A stretch of 64,000 bases of DNA, from the NCBI RefSeq assembly GCF_009914755.1, contig NC_060930.1; one strand, written 5' to 3'. Each line of letters begins with the position of its first letter. The stretch's first letter is position 1. A model generated the notes under the pieces. The model was not told the origin of the DNA. It saw nothing but the letters and a program-made list of their open reading frames with translations, and ran no database searches. The stretch is from the human T2T-CHM13v2.0 reference genome, Homo sapiens. This document shows, in pieces, positions 12,741 to 27,460 of the stretch. A program made the position numbers and the translations under genes.

Positions 12741-13756
12741 TACAAGGGGGAAGAGAGGAAGAAAGGCAGATAGAGAGAGAGATTCAATCACGAAGTTTTC
12801 TCAGGATACAATCTAAAACAATGAACTACTTTGAAAACTTAATTTTTGAAAAATGGGAACCAAAACAGTAAATGAAAAGACTGTGAATACTACTAAGATT
12901 GTAAAGTCTATACAGAGGTCTGAGGACCAGCCGATAACTCACACTGGGGGAAACCTTCTCAAGGAAAACCTTGAGACGTATAGGAAAGTGCTATTGCCTC
13001 TGTGTACAGACCTGCTCGTTGCTGCAAAGTTTCTGCCTTGATAAGTGTCTTAGAAGCATGCTTGCTATTCCTGAACCTTGTTTGAGTCTGCTTCACCTCA
13101 CTTCTCCAGGATGCTCTATCTAGTTGGCCACTAGAAGCCCTATGAGCTTAAATCCCATCTTGGCATCTGCCATTGCAGCCAGTGGGTGAATAGTGCTGGT
13201 ACGTAACCAAATGCCTGTAGATATTGGCAATACATTTCCACAAGGCTGAAGAGGTGAGAACGTGCTAAAACGAGTCAGAGGGTGGATTGCGCTATAGCAT
13301 TTAAAATCACCTGTTAAAAGGAGACAGGTAGCAGAGGGGTGAACTAGCATGTTTGTGCCAATGACACAGCCCCCCTGAGAACTTCCCTCTCTCTGCTTTA
13401 GGATTTCCCTCTCCTCAAGATTCTATCCAAGAGGTCTCAGTCCTTCACAGTCCTCCCTGGGAGAATTTGCTCCAGATCTCTTCATTTCTTTCCTCCCTTC
13501 CTGGTCAGAACTGCTGCAGGGAACTCAGGTGCTCTGCCTCCGCTTGCTGCCCAGGCTGATGCACTTTGTAACAGAAAGGCAGCAACTTGTCTCTCTTGGC
13601 TGCATGAACTAGTTTTAATTCACAAGGTCATCCTTAGACGACCACATGTACATCTACTAATGCCAAAATGTGCATCTACTCTATGGGCATTACATAGTAT
13701 CGTAGTATTTATTCAAATGTCTGTAGATACCAGCATATTTCCGTTAGAATTAAGCA

Positions 13757-14067
13757 TTTTTTCTTTTTTCTTTTTCTTTTTTGGAGGCAGAGTCTTGCAC
13801 TATCCCCCAAGCTGGAGTGCAGTGGCATGATCTTGGGTCACTGCAACCTCTACCTCCCAGGTTCAAGCTATTCTCATGGTTCGGCCTCCCCTGAGTAGCT
13901 GGGATTACAGGCACATGCCACCATGTCCGGCTAATTTTTGTATTTTTAGTAGAGACAGGGTTTCGCCATGTTGGCCAGGCTGGTCTTGAGCTCCTGACCT
14001 CAAGTGATTCACCTGCCTCGACCTCCCAAAGCCCTGGGATTAGAGGCATGAGCCACCGTGCCTGGCC
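13757..14067 (-). mobile_element. AluSx-like, full length
   Basis: both arms; TSD agaattaagca at 13746 and 14068. Confidence 0.97.
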
Positions 14068-14704
14068 AGAATTAAGCAATTTTGAACACAATTTTGTATT
14101 AAGTACTACTGACTTCTTTGACGCCATGAAATGCTTGACTAATGCTAGTTAAGATTGATGAATCTTCTATCCTTCTTCATAAGTGGCAGTGGGAAGGGGT
14201 CAAAAAAACCTGATTTTCCTTGTGTGACTGATGGTCAGTTAATGTGTCGGTTTTAAATGTGTTTTGTTTTTTAAAAAATAGTGTCATGATGCTTAAGGGA
14301 CATAGCTGATTCCAATACATAGTGCTTCTGCTGCACTGACTGGAAATATATAGAATTTGGAGTTCATCAGGAATTAAATGATTTATAAACTAACCTGAAT
14401 GTCAAAAACAATACTTGCAATAACATTTCTGTAATAAACTTTCAAATTCCAAATTTCCCAAAAAGCTTTAAGATTATATTCTAGCAATTCAAAGACTTTA
14501 ATTCTTAGATAGTTATTTTACTTACACATATGTATTCTGTTTCCTCCAACTCTTTCGGAACAGAAATCACGTGCTGCAGTTGTGTCTCACCCACAGTGTC
14601 TAACTCAGAGCCTCATATAGAAATGTGTCAAATGTATAAATGTTCAAAATATTGACCTCAGTGTATCAATTACTTTTTTCCTCTATTTTTGACATCCTTC
14701 CTAA

Positions 14705-15118
<414 letters not shown>

Positions 15119-18100
15119 TGTTTAAGTTTCAATTTAAATTCTTTCCTGATTTTTTCTGATTCAGTCTCATTGTCCTGCATCTCTTTTACGATCAGCTGAA
15201 TCCATGGCCATGAGCTTGGTTTTCCTGAGCTTTTCCAGGGTGCTCATGTGCCTTCGACCCATGAATGAAGCACTTTCTGCATAGAGAGGTGTAGATGCCC
15301 ACTTGGTACCTGGCAGAGGCATAAAAAAGTGAGCTGTGTTGGGTGGGCAAGCCCGCCCTTCAGCTGAACCACCTACTATAGAAAAATGCATGCACCTCCT
15401 CCAATTTGGAAATGCCTCAAATGACCCGTGAAGAGGTGGGTGGCGATGAAGGAAGTTGTCTCAAAAAGAATCAGGGCATAAACAATGTAATGATAATGAT
15501 GACTTTCCCTGCCTTTTTGCACGAATTACCCTAAAGGGAGAAATGTAGAAGCAGATGCAAAGGCGCATGGCTTTAAAGTTGAATGTCCACTGTCTATATC
15601 TGAGTTGGATCATAACTATTTGTTTTCTTCCAGAGTAATTAGGTTAATTTCAAAGACTTCAATCCTCACTATCTAAACCCATATATTTAAATGCTTGGAA
15701 AATTTTGAGAATATAATTTGGTGTGTTCCTTTAATAAAAACCTATTTCTTTCTCTTTAACAAAAGGGAGAGAGGAGGAAGCAATATACAAAATGATAAAG
15801 ATGACTGTAGCATAGCAGCCACTGTTGAGCTTCTGCTACTCCCTGACTTAGAAAGCTACTTCCAGCAAATCCCCTGAATTCTCTGCCTAGTTTTATCCAT
15901 TTGAAAACATGGGAGTAATAATCTTTATCAGAAGGTGATAAATATCCATCTAGTTATCACTAATATTCATCAAACACTTTATGGCAAGGAATTCATTATT
16001 ATTTAATAGTAGTGTGTGTTCAAAATTCCTTAAATCCATTGGAAATACACTGCTGGAACTGATGAGCATTTAACTCATATTTAATGTCAACAGAGCAAGT
16101 GCCCAAACCATGGCACTTAATCCCTGCCAGAGATGGAAAAAAATAGTTATTTTGAGACTAAATGAAAACCTGACACATGCTGGAACTTTCAGGTCAATTT
16201 AGGTGCCAAGGAGGGGGGAACATTGATTTCCAGAATAAAATTTTATACATAAAATGGAAATGACTTAAAACTATCAGGAAAGAGGAGTATTGGTCATTGG
16301 GTCATTCACCAGTTTTATTTGGAGACATTTTACTCTGCTACCCTTCAAAAAGAGAAATGAAAAATAAAGGGAGGAGCCCATGACACTGGTGCATCCACGG
16401 GGCTTTCCTTTTAAACCTCAAATCTACCTTTCCAAAAGAGGTACTTACTTGAAATAGGATATTTCAGATCAGATCCATTACTGATAATCTCTCCTGGCCT
16501 ATAGATTAGCAGCTCTGATCATATCTATAACCATCTAGCTTGGCTAAATAAGAACTACTGAACAATCTATATTTTTCAATTTCCCTATGGGCTGCAATTC
16601 TTTTCTAAGAAAAAGGGTCTTATGATTTTAGGCAGCCATGACAGCAGTTCCCATATATGATCATAGGAGTTCAGTTTTTTAAATCCATGTAACTTCTGAT
16701 GCATGAAACACAGCTCAGAAATATACCAGCAGAAAATATTGCAGAATCTTTGAGTCTACCAGTCCATGCTGTATCATTTAAAAAATCTCAAACCATAAAA
16801 ACAATCATATGTAACAATTCTGTTGAGAATCTGCTGAAGAGGTGGTAGATAACTAGAAAGTACACCTGTGTGAGATTCTAAATTTAGCTGCTGCTACATT
16901 ATTGCTACAGAGATTTTTCTATATAGTCCAATTTTTTGAATTTCAATGGAGAAAGTTAATTCCTGTTATGAATTATAACTTTAAAAGGCCATGGCATGTT
17001 TCTAAATTTTTCAAATTTTGTATAGCTTTGGTAACAAATAAAGTTAAATAATTTTTTTTTATCGCTCTGGTCTCCAAAGTAGGGGGTTCAGAAAAATAGA
17101 CTTGTATATAGGAAGAAAAATGATGTTTTTATACATTATCTTTAAACTCCATGCTTTTGTATGCATAGAATGAATTTTTTGAGAGTTAGAGGTATATGAT
17201 TGAAATGTAATCATTCGGATGTCATAGGTTTTTAAAAATGAGACTGTTTCTGTATCAGTTTTGGCTGATAATTCAAAAGATGCAATCAACAAACAAAAAC
17301 CCAAACAAGATAATATAGAAGGCCAGTATGCTTATGCTCCCATAAGCAGAAGTTCAAACTGGTTATGCCATCTTTACGCTCAGGTTATTAAAGGGTTGAA
17401 GTCAGAGAGAATTTCTTGGGAAGAAGTTGCTGGACTTCAATGGTATTTTTTTCTCTGTACCTCTGTGGGGAAGAAGTAGGATTTGCTTCCCTCTCACTTG
17501 AAGCTGAATGAGAGGTATTTCAAGACTACTTTGCAGGCTGGACTTTTACCCACTGTCACTCAGAAGACACGTGGATTGGTGTTGGATCATACCTGAAAAA
17601 GTTTTTAGAACTTTGGTATTTGCCAAATACAATGGATGAGGTATCCTGAAACACTCTTGAAAAAATATCAGTAAGATACTTAGAGAAAGAATGTATGGTA
17701 TAGATGAATGAAAGAACTGATTTATCCTGGGGAATCTTCTGAGCTCCCAGTCTTCAGATGCCTCCACACACAAGCCCACATAAGGGTTTGGTTTGAAGAT
17801 CCTGTTAGATTGCTTGGATATGTTTTTGCTGCCCTCACCTCCTGTAAGGATTATATATACATAAATGGATCTTTCAATGATACAAGATTTATCTGTCTGT
17901 CCGACTGAAGCAATCAGTTCTTCCTTGTGTCTACTCAAGCATTTATGAAAGTTCATGGCCTCTCCCAGAGGACTCTAGAAGTCCTGCAGCTTTGTCTCTA
18001 ACTTAGATCCTCCTTGCCTATTCCCTCCTTTGTTCAAGGCTGAATGTTTCCAGATACAGCTTTCTCCAGGCAGCTCAACCAAGAACTACAGGAAAGACAG

Positions 18101-18289
18101 AGAGGCTGAGAGGCAGGTTCTCATGGGTTGTGATAAATGGGATTGTGGGTTTCAGTGGGAATGTGTGCTCCATTGGGTAGAGAATTGTGCTGATGCTAGG
18201 GGTAATTACTGTATGAATATTAATAGTGATCATGGTAGTTATAGAATAGATGTTCTGAAAACTGATAGGGACATTTTAAAATAAAACTA

Positions 18290-19820
18290 TTTGAATAAAA
18301 TTATATATAATCATTAAAAAATCAAAAGCAATGGAAAGGCTTAATAGCAGAGTCTACACAGCTGAGGAATGAGTGAATTCTATTATACACGTGAATTATA
18401 TTATCCATTGTTCATGCCTAGCTGAACAATGAGGATACATTCTGAGAAATGTGTTGTTAGATGATTTCACTATTGTGTGAAAGACATAGAGTGTACTAAC
18501 ACAAACCTAGATGGTATTGCCTACTACACACCTAGGCTCTATGGCATAGCCTAGTGCTTCTAGGCTACAAACCTACACAGCATGTTACTGTAATGAATAC
18601 TGTAGGCAATTGTTAACACAATGGGAAGCATTTATGTATCTAAACATATCTAAACAGATAAAAGGTACAGTAAAAATATGGTATTATAGCCTTATGGGAC
18701 CACCATCATATATGTGGTTAGTCACTGGCTGAAATATCATTATGTGGCACATGAGTGTATATAGGAAGAAATTATCCAGAATGCAGGATAGACTCAAAGA
18801 AATGGAAGGTATGCAACAGTAGTCAGCTAATAGTCATTCCAAAGAAAAAGACAACTTAAAAGAACAGAAAGGGAGAGACAACATTCAAATATATAATAGC
18901 CAATAATTTTCAAGAATCATTTTAAGACAAATCCTCAATTTCAGGAAACTCAATGAATTTCAAGCAGGAAAATAAAAAATTAACATCTATCTCTATATGG
19001 CTTATAGTGAAAATGCAGACTACTATAGACAAAGAGATGATATCGAAAGCAGCTAGATTTTTTTCTTTAATCATGTTCAAAAGTGCAACAACTAAACTGA
19101 GAAACAGGTGACTTCTCAAAAGTAACCTGGGGAGACAAGGGTAGATCAATATCTTCAAAGGGCAGATAGATGACATCTATTGATCTAGAATTGTATATTC
19201 AGAAAAATGTTCAAGAACAAGGATGAAATACATTTTTAGATGAACAAGAATAGAGTTCACCACCAAAACACCTTTACCAAAGAAACTTTTTAAAAAAGAC
19301 ATACTTCAAGAAGTAGCCAAATGAAAGCAGAGAGCATACAGGAGATACTAAATGGCACTGTCAGTAAAGTAAGTGAAAACATTCCTGTAACTCTTAAACA
19401 TTGATGCCATGAAACAAAAATAGTAATATTGAATAATAATGTGTGAGGTTAAGATATCAGATAGAAGATATAATTAAAATGTCAAATAATTTTATAGACA
19501 TCATGAGGGCAGGACCAGAGATAAACATCCTAAGAACTGTTCATTTTTAGAGAACAGGATATTGTATGGTTTTATTTTAGGATTTTAAATTTAACTATAT
19601 GCTAAATTTAAATAAAGACTATATCATCTTATTTGGGAGAGGAAAATTATAGAAGTGAGAATAAAATAAAGAAAAACCTCAGTTGAGAACTAAAAGAGGT
19701 CAGGAAAAGGAAAAATAACTAAGGAAGTGGGACAAAATAAAATATAAATAAATACAAAAAATCAAATTTAGTTTTATTAAAAGGCAAAGGCTATCAGAAC
19801 GGACGGGAGAGAGGAAGAAA
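18290..19820 (+). mobile_element. HAL1/old L1M ORF1-like remnant, interrupted by Tigger3a
   Basis: ggcttaatagcagagtctacacagctgagga, ggaagaaattatccagaatgcag, atagtgaaaatgcagac...aaagcagctaga. Confidence 0.6.
18410..18757 (+). mobile_element. Tigger3a/MER7 MITE
   Basis: gatacattctgagaaatg...acacaaacctagatgg...cttatgggaccacc...ggcacatgagtg+TA. Confidence 0.9.
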
Positions 19821-19959
19821 AGATTTTTAAAGCTCTTTAGAAAACAGAGAAAGGGGAACTCTCCTGCACACTCAGCAAGACTAATTTATTCTTTCTATGA
19901 TGGTTAAGGTGATTTAACATTGTGTACCCCCAACAACCACACTTGACTGGCTTAAAAAA

Positions 19960-22465
19960 TATTTTGAAGTGCCTTATTGATATAATTTGTATGCATACCA
20001 TACAATTCATCTATTTAAAGTATACAATTCAATGGCTTTTAGTATGATCACAGATATGTAACTATCACCACATTCCATTTTAGAATACTTTTAAACACCT
20101 CAAAAAGAGTCCCTGTATCCTTTAGCTATCATTCCCATATTCCTCTACCCAACCCTCTACCAGACATAAACAACCACTAATTTACTTTCTGTCTCTATAA
20201 ACTTCCCAATTCTAGACTTTCATATGAATGAAATCATATAACATGTGGTCATTCATAACTGGCTTCTTTCTTCCATGCTTTCAAAATTCATCAAGGTTGC
20301 AGCTGTTGTCACTAAAATATTTCATTGCACGGATATACCACATTTTTTAAACTCATTCATCTCTTGAGCATTTGGGTTGTTCCCATCTTTTAGCTATTAT
20401 GAATAATTGTGCTATAAAAATTTATGTAAAAGTTTTTCTGTGAATATGTTTTAATTTATCTTGGGTATATGCCTATGGCTAGAAATTCTGGGTCATATGA
20501 TTACTCTATACCTAATTATTTGAGGAACTGCCAAACTGTTTTCCAAAGTAGCTGCATTAGTTTACGCATTCCCATCAGCAATGCGTGAGGGTTTCAATTT
20601 CTCTAAATCCTCACCAACATATACTATTATCTGACTTTTTTATTCTAGTCATCATAAAGGATATGAAGTTACATCTCACTGGGGTTTCAATTTGCATTTC
20701 TCTAATGATAAATAACATTGAACATCTTTTCATGTGCCTATTGCCATTTGTAATCTTCCTTGGAGAAATGTATATCCAGATCATTTGCCAAATTTTTAAT
20801 TGTGCTATTGGTCTTTTTATTACTGAGTTTTAAGAGTTCTTTATGTATTATATATTATCTATACAAATCTCTTATCAGATATATGATTTGCAAATATTTC
20901 CTTCCATTCTGTGAGTTTTCTTTTACTTTTCTGATGATATCTTTTGATTCACAAAAGTTTTTAATTATGAAGATAACTAATTTCTCAAAATTTCCTTTGG
21001 TTGCTTATGATTTTGGTGCATCTAAGAATCCTTGGCTGAATTCAAAGTCATGAATATTCTTCCTAATTTTTCTTCTAAGAACTTTATAGTTTAGTTCTTA
21101 CACTTAGGTTTTTTATGTATTTTTAGTCAATCTTTGTATATGGCATGAGGTATGGGTCCAAATTCATTCTTTTTTATATTGCCATCCATATTACCACTTG
21201 TTGAAAAAAATTTTCCCCGATTGAGCGGTCTTGGCATTCTTGTCCAAAGATAATTGAATATAGATGTGCAGGTTTATTTCTGGGCTCTCAATTCTAATCT
21301 GGTGATCCATATGCCTAACCTTGTGCCATTATCACACACTGTCTTGATTTTTGCTTTATAGTAAGTTTTGAAATCAGAAAGTATGAGTTCTCATATTTTG
21401 CTCTTTTTATTCAGGATTGTTTTGGCTATTCTCAGTTCCTTCAATTCCCATGTGAATTTTAGAATAAGCTGTCAATTTCTAAAGAGGCCAGCTGGGATAT
21501 AATAGGAAGTACATTGAATCTGTAGATCAGTTTGTAGAGCACTGCCATTTTAACAGTATCAAGTTTTCTGATTTGTGAACATGAGATGCCTTTCCATTTA
21601 TTTAGATATTTTTATATTTCTTTCAGTAATGTTTTGAGTGTAGTTTTGCAAGTTTTTGTTAAATTTATTTCTAAACATTTTATTCCTTTTGATGCAATTG
21701 TGAAAAATTTTTTCTAAATTTTATTTTCAGCTTGTTCATTGCAAGTACATAAAAATGTAAAAGATTTTTATATATTTATCTTGTATCCTGCAACCTTGTT
21801 GAACACATTAGCTCTAATAGTTTTATAGTGAATTCCTTAGTATTTTCTACATAAAAAATTATATCATTTGTGGAGATAGTTTTACTTCTTCCTTTCCAAC
21901 CAGGATGCATTTTATTTCTTTTTCCTGCCTAATTGCCCTGGCTATATACACCAGTGCACTGCTGAATATAAGTGGTGAGAATGGAAATCTTTGTCTTCTT
22001 CCTGATCTTATGAAGAAAACAGCTAGTCATTCACCATGAAATATGATATTAGGTGCGTGTTTTATGTAGATGACCTTATCAGGTTGTTGAGTTCCCCTCC
22101 ATTCTTAATTTGTTAGGTGTTTTAAAGATGAAAGGTGTTGGACTTTGGCAAATGTTTTTTCTGCATCTATTGAGATGATCATGTGATTTTTGTTTTTTAT
22201 TCAGTTAGTACAATGTATTCCGTTCATTGATTTGGGGGTCTTGAATCTTGCGTTCTTGGAATAAATCCCACTTGGTTGCAGTGTATAATTATTTTTTTAT
22301 TTTTGTGGATTTGGCTTTCTAGCATTTTGTTGAGAATTTTGGCATCCAATTTCATAAGACATATTGGTCTATAGTTTTTTTTTTTTTTTTTTGTAATGTC
22401 TTTGTCAGGTTTTAGATTTAGGGTAATACTAAACTCAGAAATTGAGTTGGGAAGTCTTATTTCCT
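19960..22465 (-). mobile_element. L1MB (3'UTR plus decayed ORF2)
   Basis: antisense 3'UTR tttaaagtatacaattcaatggc; ORF track 22224..22529 gives L1 RT motifs YRPICLMKLDAKILNKML and NQVGFIP. Confidence 0.92.
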
Positions 22466-22532
22466 TGCTGGCTGAATGTTTGTGTACTTTGCCAAATTCA
22501 AATGTTAAGATTCTAGCCCCCAATATCATGGC
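22465..22532 (+). mobile_element. MaLR (MLT1A/MST) 5' stub
   Basis: tgctggctgaatgtttgtgt...caaattcaaatgttaagattctagcccccaat. Confidence 0.5.
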
Positions 22533-22587
22533 AGTTCATTAATTTCTGCTCTAATATTAATTATTTCATTCCTAGTGTTTGGTATAG

Positions 22588-22961
<374 letters not shown>

Positions 22962-22974
22962 TTGTCTATGTAAC

Positions 22975-23407
22975 ATTTTATACAACTGCTTTTTAAATAG
23001 ATCTAGAAAAGAAAAAGTACTATTTTCTACTATCTTTTATTACACAGTTACATTACTAGTGTTCATTGTTTTTTTCATGTGGATTCAGTTTACCATCTGG
23101 AATCATTTGCTTTCACTCTGAAGAACTTCTCATAGAATTTATTGTAAGGTGGGGTTGCTAGCAACGAATTCTAGCTTTAAAAAAATCTGGAAAAGTCTTT
23201 TTTTCACCTTTATTTTTTAAAAATAGTTTTGCATCATAGAATTCTTGGTTGACAGTTTTATTTCTTTGAGCATTTGAATATGTTCTCTCACTGCCTTCTG
23301 GTCTCCATTGTTTATGCTGAAAAGTTAGTGTTAACCATATTGAAGTTCTCTCAATTGTGTTTGTCTGGGAGAGTTTTTATTTCTCCATTAGTTTTTTGTA
23401 GTTTTTG

Positions 23408-23438
<31 letters not shown>

Positions 23439-24600
23439 GTTTTTTTGAAACATGGTCTTTGCTCTGTTGCTCAAGCTGAACTGCAGTGACACAATCATGG
23501 TTCACCGCAGCCTTGAACTCCTGGGTTCAATGATCCCGCAACCTCAGCCTCCCAAGTAGCTGAGACTACAGTGTATGCCCCTATGAATAGATAATTTCTT
23601 TATTATTTTTTTCTGTGGTGACACAGTCTCACTATATTGCCCAGGCTGCTCTTGATCTCCCAGCCTCAAGCAATCTTCCCTCCTTGGACTCCCAAAGTGT
23701 TGGAATTACGGGGGTGAGCCACAATGCCTGGCCAATTTCTCCACTAGTTTTAAAGGATGATTTCACTAGATAAAGAATTCTAGTTGGCTATTTCTTTCTG
23801 TCAACTTGTTAAATCTTTTACTTTACTTTCTTCTTACTTGCATAGTTTCTGAAGATAAGTCTGATGTAATTCTTATCCTTGCTTCTCTACAGATAAGGAC
23901 TTCCTTTTTTTCACTATGACTTCTTTCAAGATTTTCTCTTTTGTATTTAATTCTATGTAGTTTGAGTATTATATATCTAAGGGTAGAATTTTTGGTATTT
24001 AATCTGTCTAATGTTATCTGAGCTTCTCAAATATGTGGTTTGGTGCCTGTCACTAATTTTTTAAAACTGTCAGTCATTATTACTTTAAATATTTTGCCTT
24101 ATGTTCCTTTTTCCCTTTCTTCTCCCATTATGGCATTCCTATTATGTGTATATTCCACCATTTATAATTGTCCCATTGTTATTGGATATTTTTTCTATCT
24201 TTTCTATTTTCTTTCTCTTTGCATTTCAGTTTTGGAAGTTTCTATTGACATATCTTAAAGCTCACTAATTCATTCATTTGCCTGTGTCCAGTCTACTCAT
24301 GAGCCCATCAGAGGCATTCTTCAATTATGTTACAGTGTGTTTGATATCTAACATTTCTATTTGTTTCTTCCATAGACTATCCTTTTCTATGCTTAAATTA
24401 CCTATCATTCATTGCATGTTGTCTACCTTTTCTATGAGGTTTTAAAATATCAGTCTGATATTTCTAAAATCTCTTTCATATCTGAGTCGATTCTGGTGCT
24501 TACCCTGTTTCTTTGAGCTACATTTTTTTATCTTTTAATATGCCATGTAACTTTTTGTTGAAAGATAAATGAATGATGTCTAGGGATGGTACTGGCTTCA
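22975..24600 (-). mobile_element. old L1M (ORF1/inter-ORF) remnant, interrupted by AluJ
   Basis: T-rich; atagaattcttggttgacagtt, tctgatgtaattcttatcctt, tctttcaagattttctct. Confidence 0.7.
23392..23733 (-). mobile_element. AluJ (AluJo-like) with (GTTTT)n tail
   Basis: acaatcatggttcaccgcagccttgaactcctggg; TSD atttctcca(t/c)tagtttt. Confidence 0.92.
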
Positions 24601-24704
24601 GCAATGGGCTTCTGTTTCTGTAATCTGTGATTCTCTGTATATCTCTGTCTCTCAGATCTGGGGAGCAACAATTCTCCTTGCAACCTAAATTCTATGATGG
24701 ATCT

Positions 24705-24885
24705 AAAAATCAAAGTAAAGAATAGAAAAAATAGAGAAAATAAATAGAACCAAAAGCTGGTTCTTTGAAAAGATTAACAAAGTTAACAAATCCTTAGCTA
24801 GATTGACAAGAAAAAAAGAGATAAAACTCAAATCACTAAAAACAGGAAAAAGCAGACATTAATACCCTCCTTATAGAAATAGAAC
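24705..24885 (+). mobile_element. L1 ORF2 fragment
   Basis: aaccaaaagctggttctttgaaaagattaacaaa (KSWFFEKIN motif). Confidence 0.8.
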
Positions 24886-25545
24886 TGCTATGAATAGTAA
24901 CCCTTGAAGCCAATAAATGTGAGTTCTTCAATATTATTCCTCCTTTTAAAGAATATTTGGTTATTTCAAATCCTTTGAATTTTCATATATATAATTAATT
25001 TTTCAATTTATTTGAAAAGTACTGATGGGCTTTGATTTTTAAAAACTGTGTTCAATCTATAGCAATCTGTGGAGGACAGTTATCTTAAAAATATTTCATC
25101 TTCCAACCAGAGGTATGCTGGTAAATATTTAATAATGGGTTCTCTGGGAGGGAGGATGGTACCAATTCACAGTATTTAATCATTTCTATATTGTGAATGT
25201 TCCCATCATTGTTGATATTAAGGTATAAACATTATGTCGTTGAATGTTGAGTCAGGAATAAATGTGCACAGCCAAGTCCCATGAGCCATTCTGAACCATC
25301 TCCAGGTTAACGTTACTTCTAACCCATGAATAATATAGTATTGTTCTTTATTTATTTAGGTCTGTCATTTCTCTAATAAATACTCCATAGTTTTCATTGT
25401 AGTTGTTTACAAATCTTTAATTGGATTTATTCCTAGGTAATTTGTGTTTTATGCTGTTATAAATGATATTATTATTTAATATTAAATTTTATTTTCCCTT
25501 TTATTTTTGCTAGTATAATGGAATACAATTAACTTTTGTATATGT
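24885..25545 (-). mobile_element. L1M ORF2 fragment, interrupted by MER63A
   Basis: aatcctttgaattttcatat, tttatttaggtct, gatttattcctaggta. Confidence 0.65.
25108..25310 (-). mobile_element. MER63A-like hAT MITE
   Basis: cagaggtatgctggtaaatatttaataatgggttctctgg resembles the MER63 terminus. Confidence 0.6.
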
Positions 25546-26180
25546 TGAGGATGTGGAGCAACTGGAATTTTGTTATATGGTTCATGGTTATGTTCAATGG
25601 TATAATGCTTTGGAGAATGATTGGAAGTTTTTTTATTAAGTTAAACATATGTTTACCCCATAAGACAGCAGTTCCACTCTCAGGTATTAATCATAGGGAA
25701 TAAAACCATATGTTCACAAGAAATACTGTATAAGAGTATTTATAGCAGATTATTTAATAATAGCCAAAATCTGGAAACAATCTAAATATCCATCAATAAT
25801 AAAACTTATACATAATTTATGATTTATCCATAGAATAAAATTCTCCTAAACAATGAAAGCAATAAACTACTCTTACCTAAACAATATGACTCAATCTCAC
25901 AGAACAAAGGCATTCTGATGTTATTTACTTTCAATGCAAAAATAGATAATATTAATCTATGGGGATGGGAAATCAGAAATGTTTGACTCTGGGTGTTGGG
26001 TGGATTTTAGACGGGAAAAAGGCAAATGACAGCTTGCTTTATATTTAGAAATGTTTTACATTCAGAGAAGTTATACATTTTGTTTTGTGTGAAGGTTACA
26101 TAAGTGTATACATTTGTCAAAACTAACCAAACAAAGCCTTTTAATTCTATGTACTCTTTTATGTAAATTATACATCAAAA
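25545..26180 (+). mobile_element. L1MD/ME 3' end
   Basis: gaggatgtggagcaactggaa, aatagccaaaatctggaaacaatctaaatatccatcaa, tacatttgtcaaaact. Confidence 0.8.
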
Positions 26181-26279
26181 GAACAATGCTAGATGACTTA
26201 TTTTTAAAAATATAGTTTTTTAATGTAATGAAGAACTGGAAAGCAAATGATATCCAAAGAAAAAACCTGAAAAATCAAG

Positions 26280-26661
26280 TGTGATGGTTAATTTTATGTG
26301 TCAACTTGGCTAGGCCACAGTACCCTGGTATTTGGTGAAACATTATTCTAGATGATTCTTTGAAGATATTTTTAAGTAAAGCAGATTACCCTACATACTG
26401 TGGGTGGGCCTCATCCAATCCGTTTTGAAGGCCTTTATAGAAATAGACTGACCTGTCTCAGAAGAGGCAGTCATGACAGTGGACTGCCTTTGAACTCAAA
26501 CTGCAACTGTTTCCTGGAGCTCCAGCCTACAATTTTAATGGGAGGATTTTGGACTTGACAAGCCTCCACAGTCATGTGAGCCAATCTTTTAAAACAAATC
26601 CCACTCTCTCTCTATACACATCCTATAGGTTTTGTTTCTCTGGAGAACCCTAACTAATATA
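26280..26661 (+). mobile_element. ERVL solo LTR (MLT2B-like)
   Basis: tgtgatggttaattttatgtgtcaacttggctaggcc ... ctctggagaaccctaactaatata; TSD tcaag/tcaaa. Confidence 0.9.
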
Positions 26662-26669
26662 TCAAATGA

Positions 26670-27460
26670 CAGCAAGAACCCGGGAAAGTAAGTGGAATGC
26701 CAAATCCAGTTTTCGTTTTAGGGCATTTGTTGAAGGAGGTCAAATTGAACTTTGTATATGGTCCTTCCGGACTTAGGAGAGAGATAAATTCCAGGGTCTA
26801 CACAAAACGAGGAGTCTGCTAGGCATCTCCCTCCATAAATCCAGGTCTCCAAAAGTCTACATCCTTAGTGCAAATATAAATTAGAAATAAGCTGACCTCA
26901 CTGTCAGGGAAATTGCCTCAAACATTGACATTTAGAATCAAGGGGAAGAAATATCTGCCCTGAGAATCTGTAAACAGCTAGCCCTTGTGGGAATGTGTAA
27001 CCTGAATTCATAATACTTGAATGATCTGAATGAAACCCTCAAGCTAAGAATTTGGCATAAAGTGATTCCAGGCTAGTAGGATTCTCAGAGAGTCTAGCAA
27101 GAACTACAAGTCATTTTGGAGGATCTCACTTCAGCACAGATCTCTAAGAAATTACATTTTTAAAGGTCCAAGAAGTCCAGGCACAAAGTAATAAATAAAA
27201 ATAAGGAACAAAAACAAAAGCAAACATACTACTACACAAAATAAAGGATTATAAGAAAAAATCAGCCAAAACAGCAGACATCAGAGTAAAACACACAAAA
27301 AATAAGATAATAGAATTATCAGACACAGAACATAAAATGAATGTTTAGTATATTTGAAGAAATGAAACTGAAAAGATGAGTATCAGTAAGAGACTATAGA
27401 AAGATCCATCTTCTAGAAGTAAAATAATGATAATTTAAATTAAAAATAAAATATGAAAGG
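26670..27460 (+). mobile_element. old L1M/HAL1 5' remnant
   Basis: gataatagaattatcagacacagaacataaaat, cttctagaagtaaaaata. Confidence 0.45.

Noticed and set aside
13750-14127. Alu-derived ORFs (also 22624, 30231, 37321, 38298, 43601, 44514, 46216)
   Set aside because: Typical Alu translation products, not genes
17546-17956. Overlapping 136-aa and 66-aa ORFs in unique sequence
   Set aside because: No recognisable homology, pseudogene hallmarks or clear exon boundaries
24705-26180. Plus/minus/plus L1 pieces as a twin-priming 5' inversion
   Set aside because: The inverted and 3' segments do not appear to abut in L1 coordinates; more likely separate fragments
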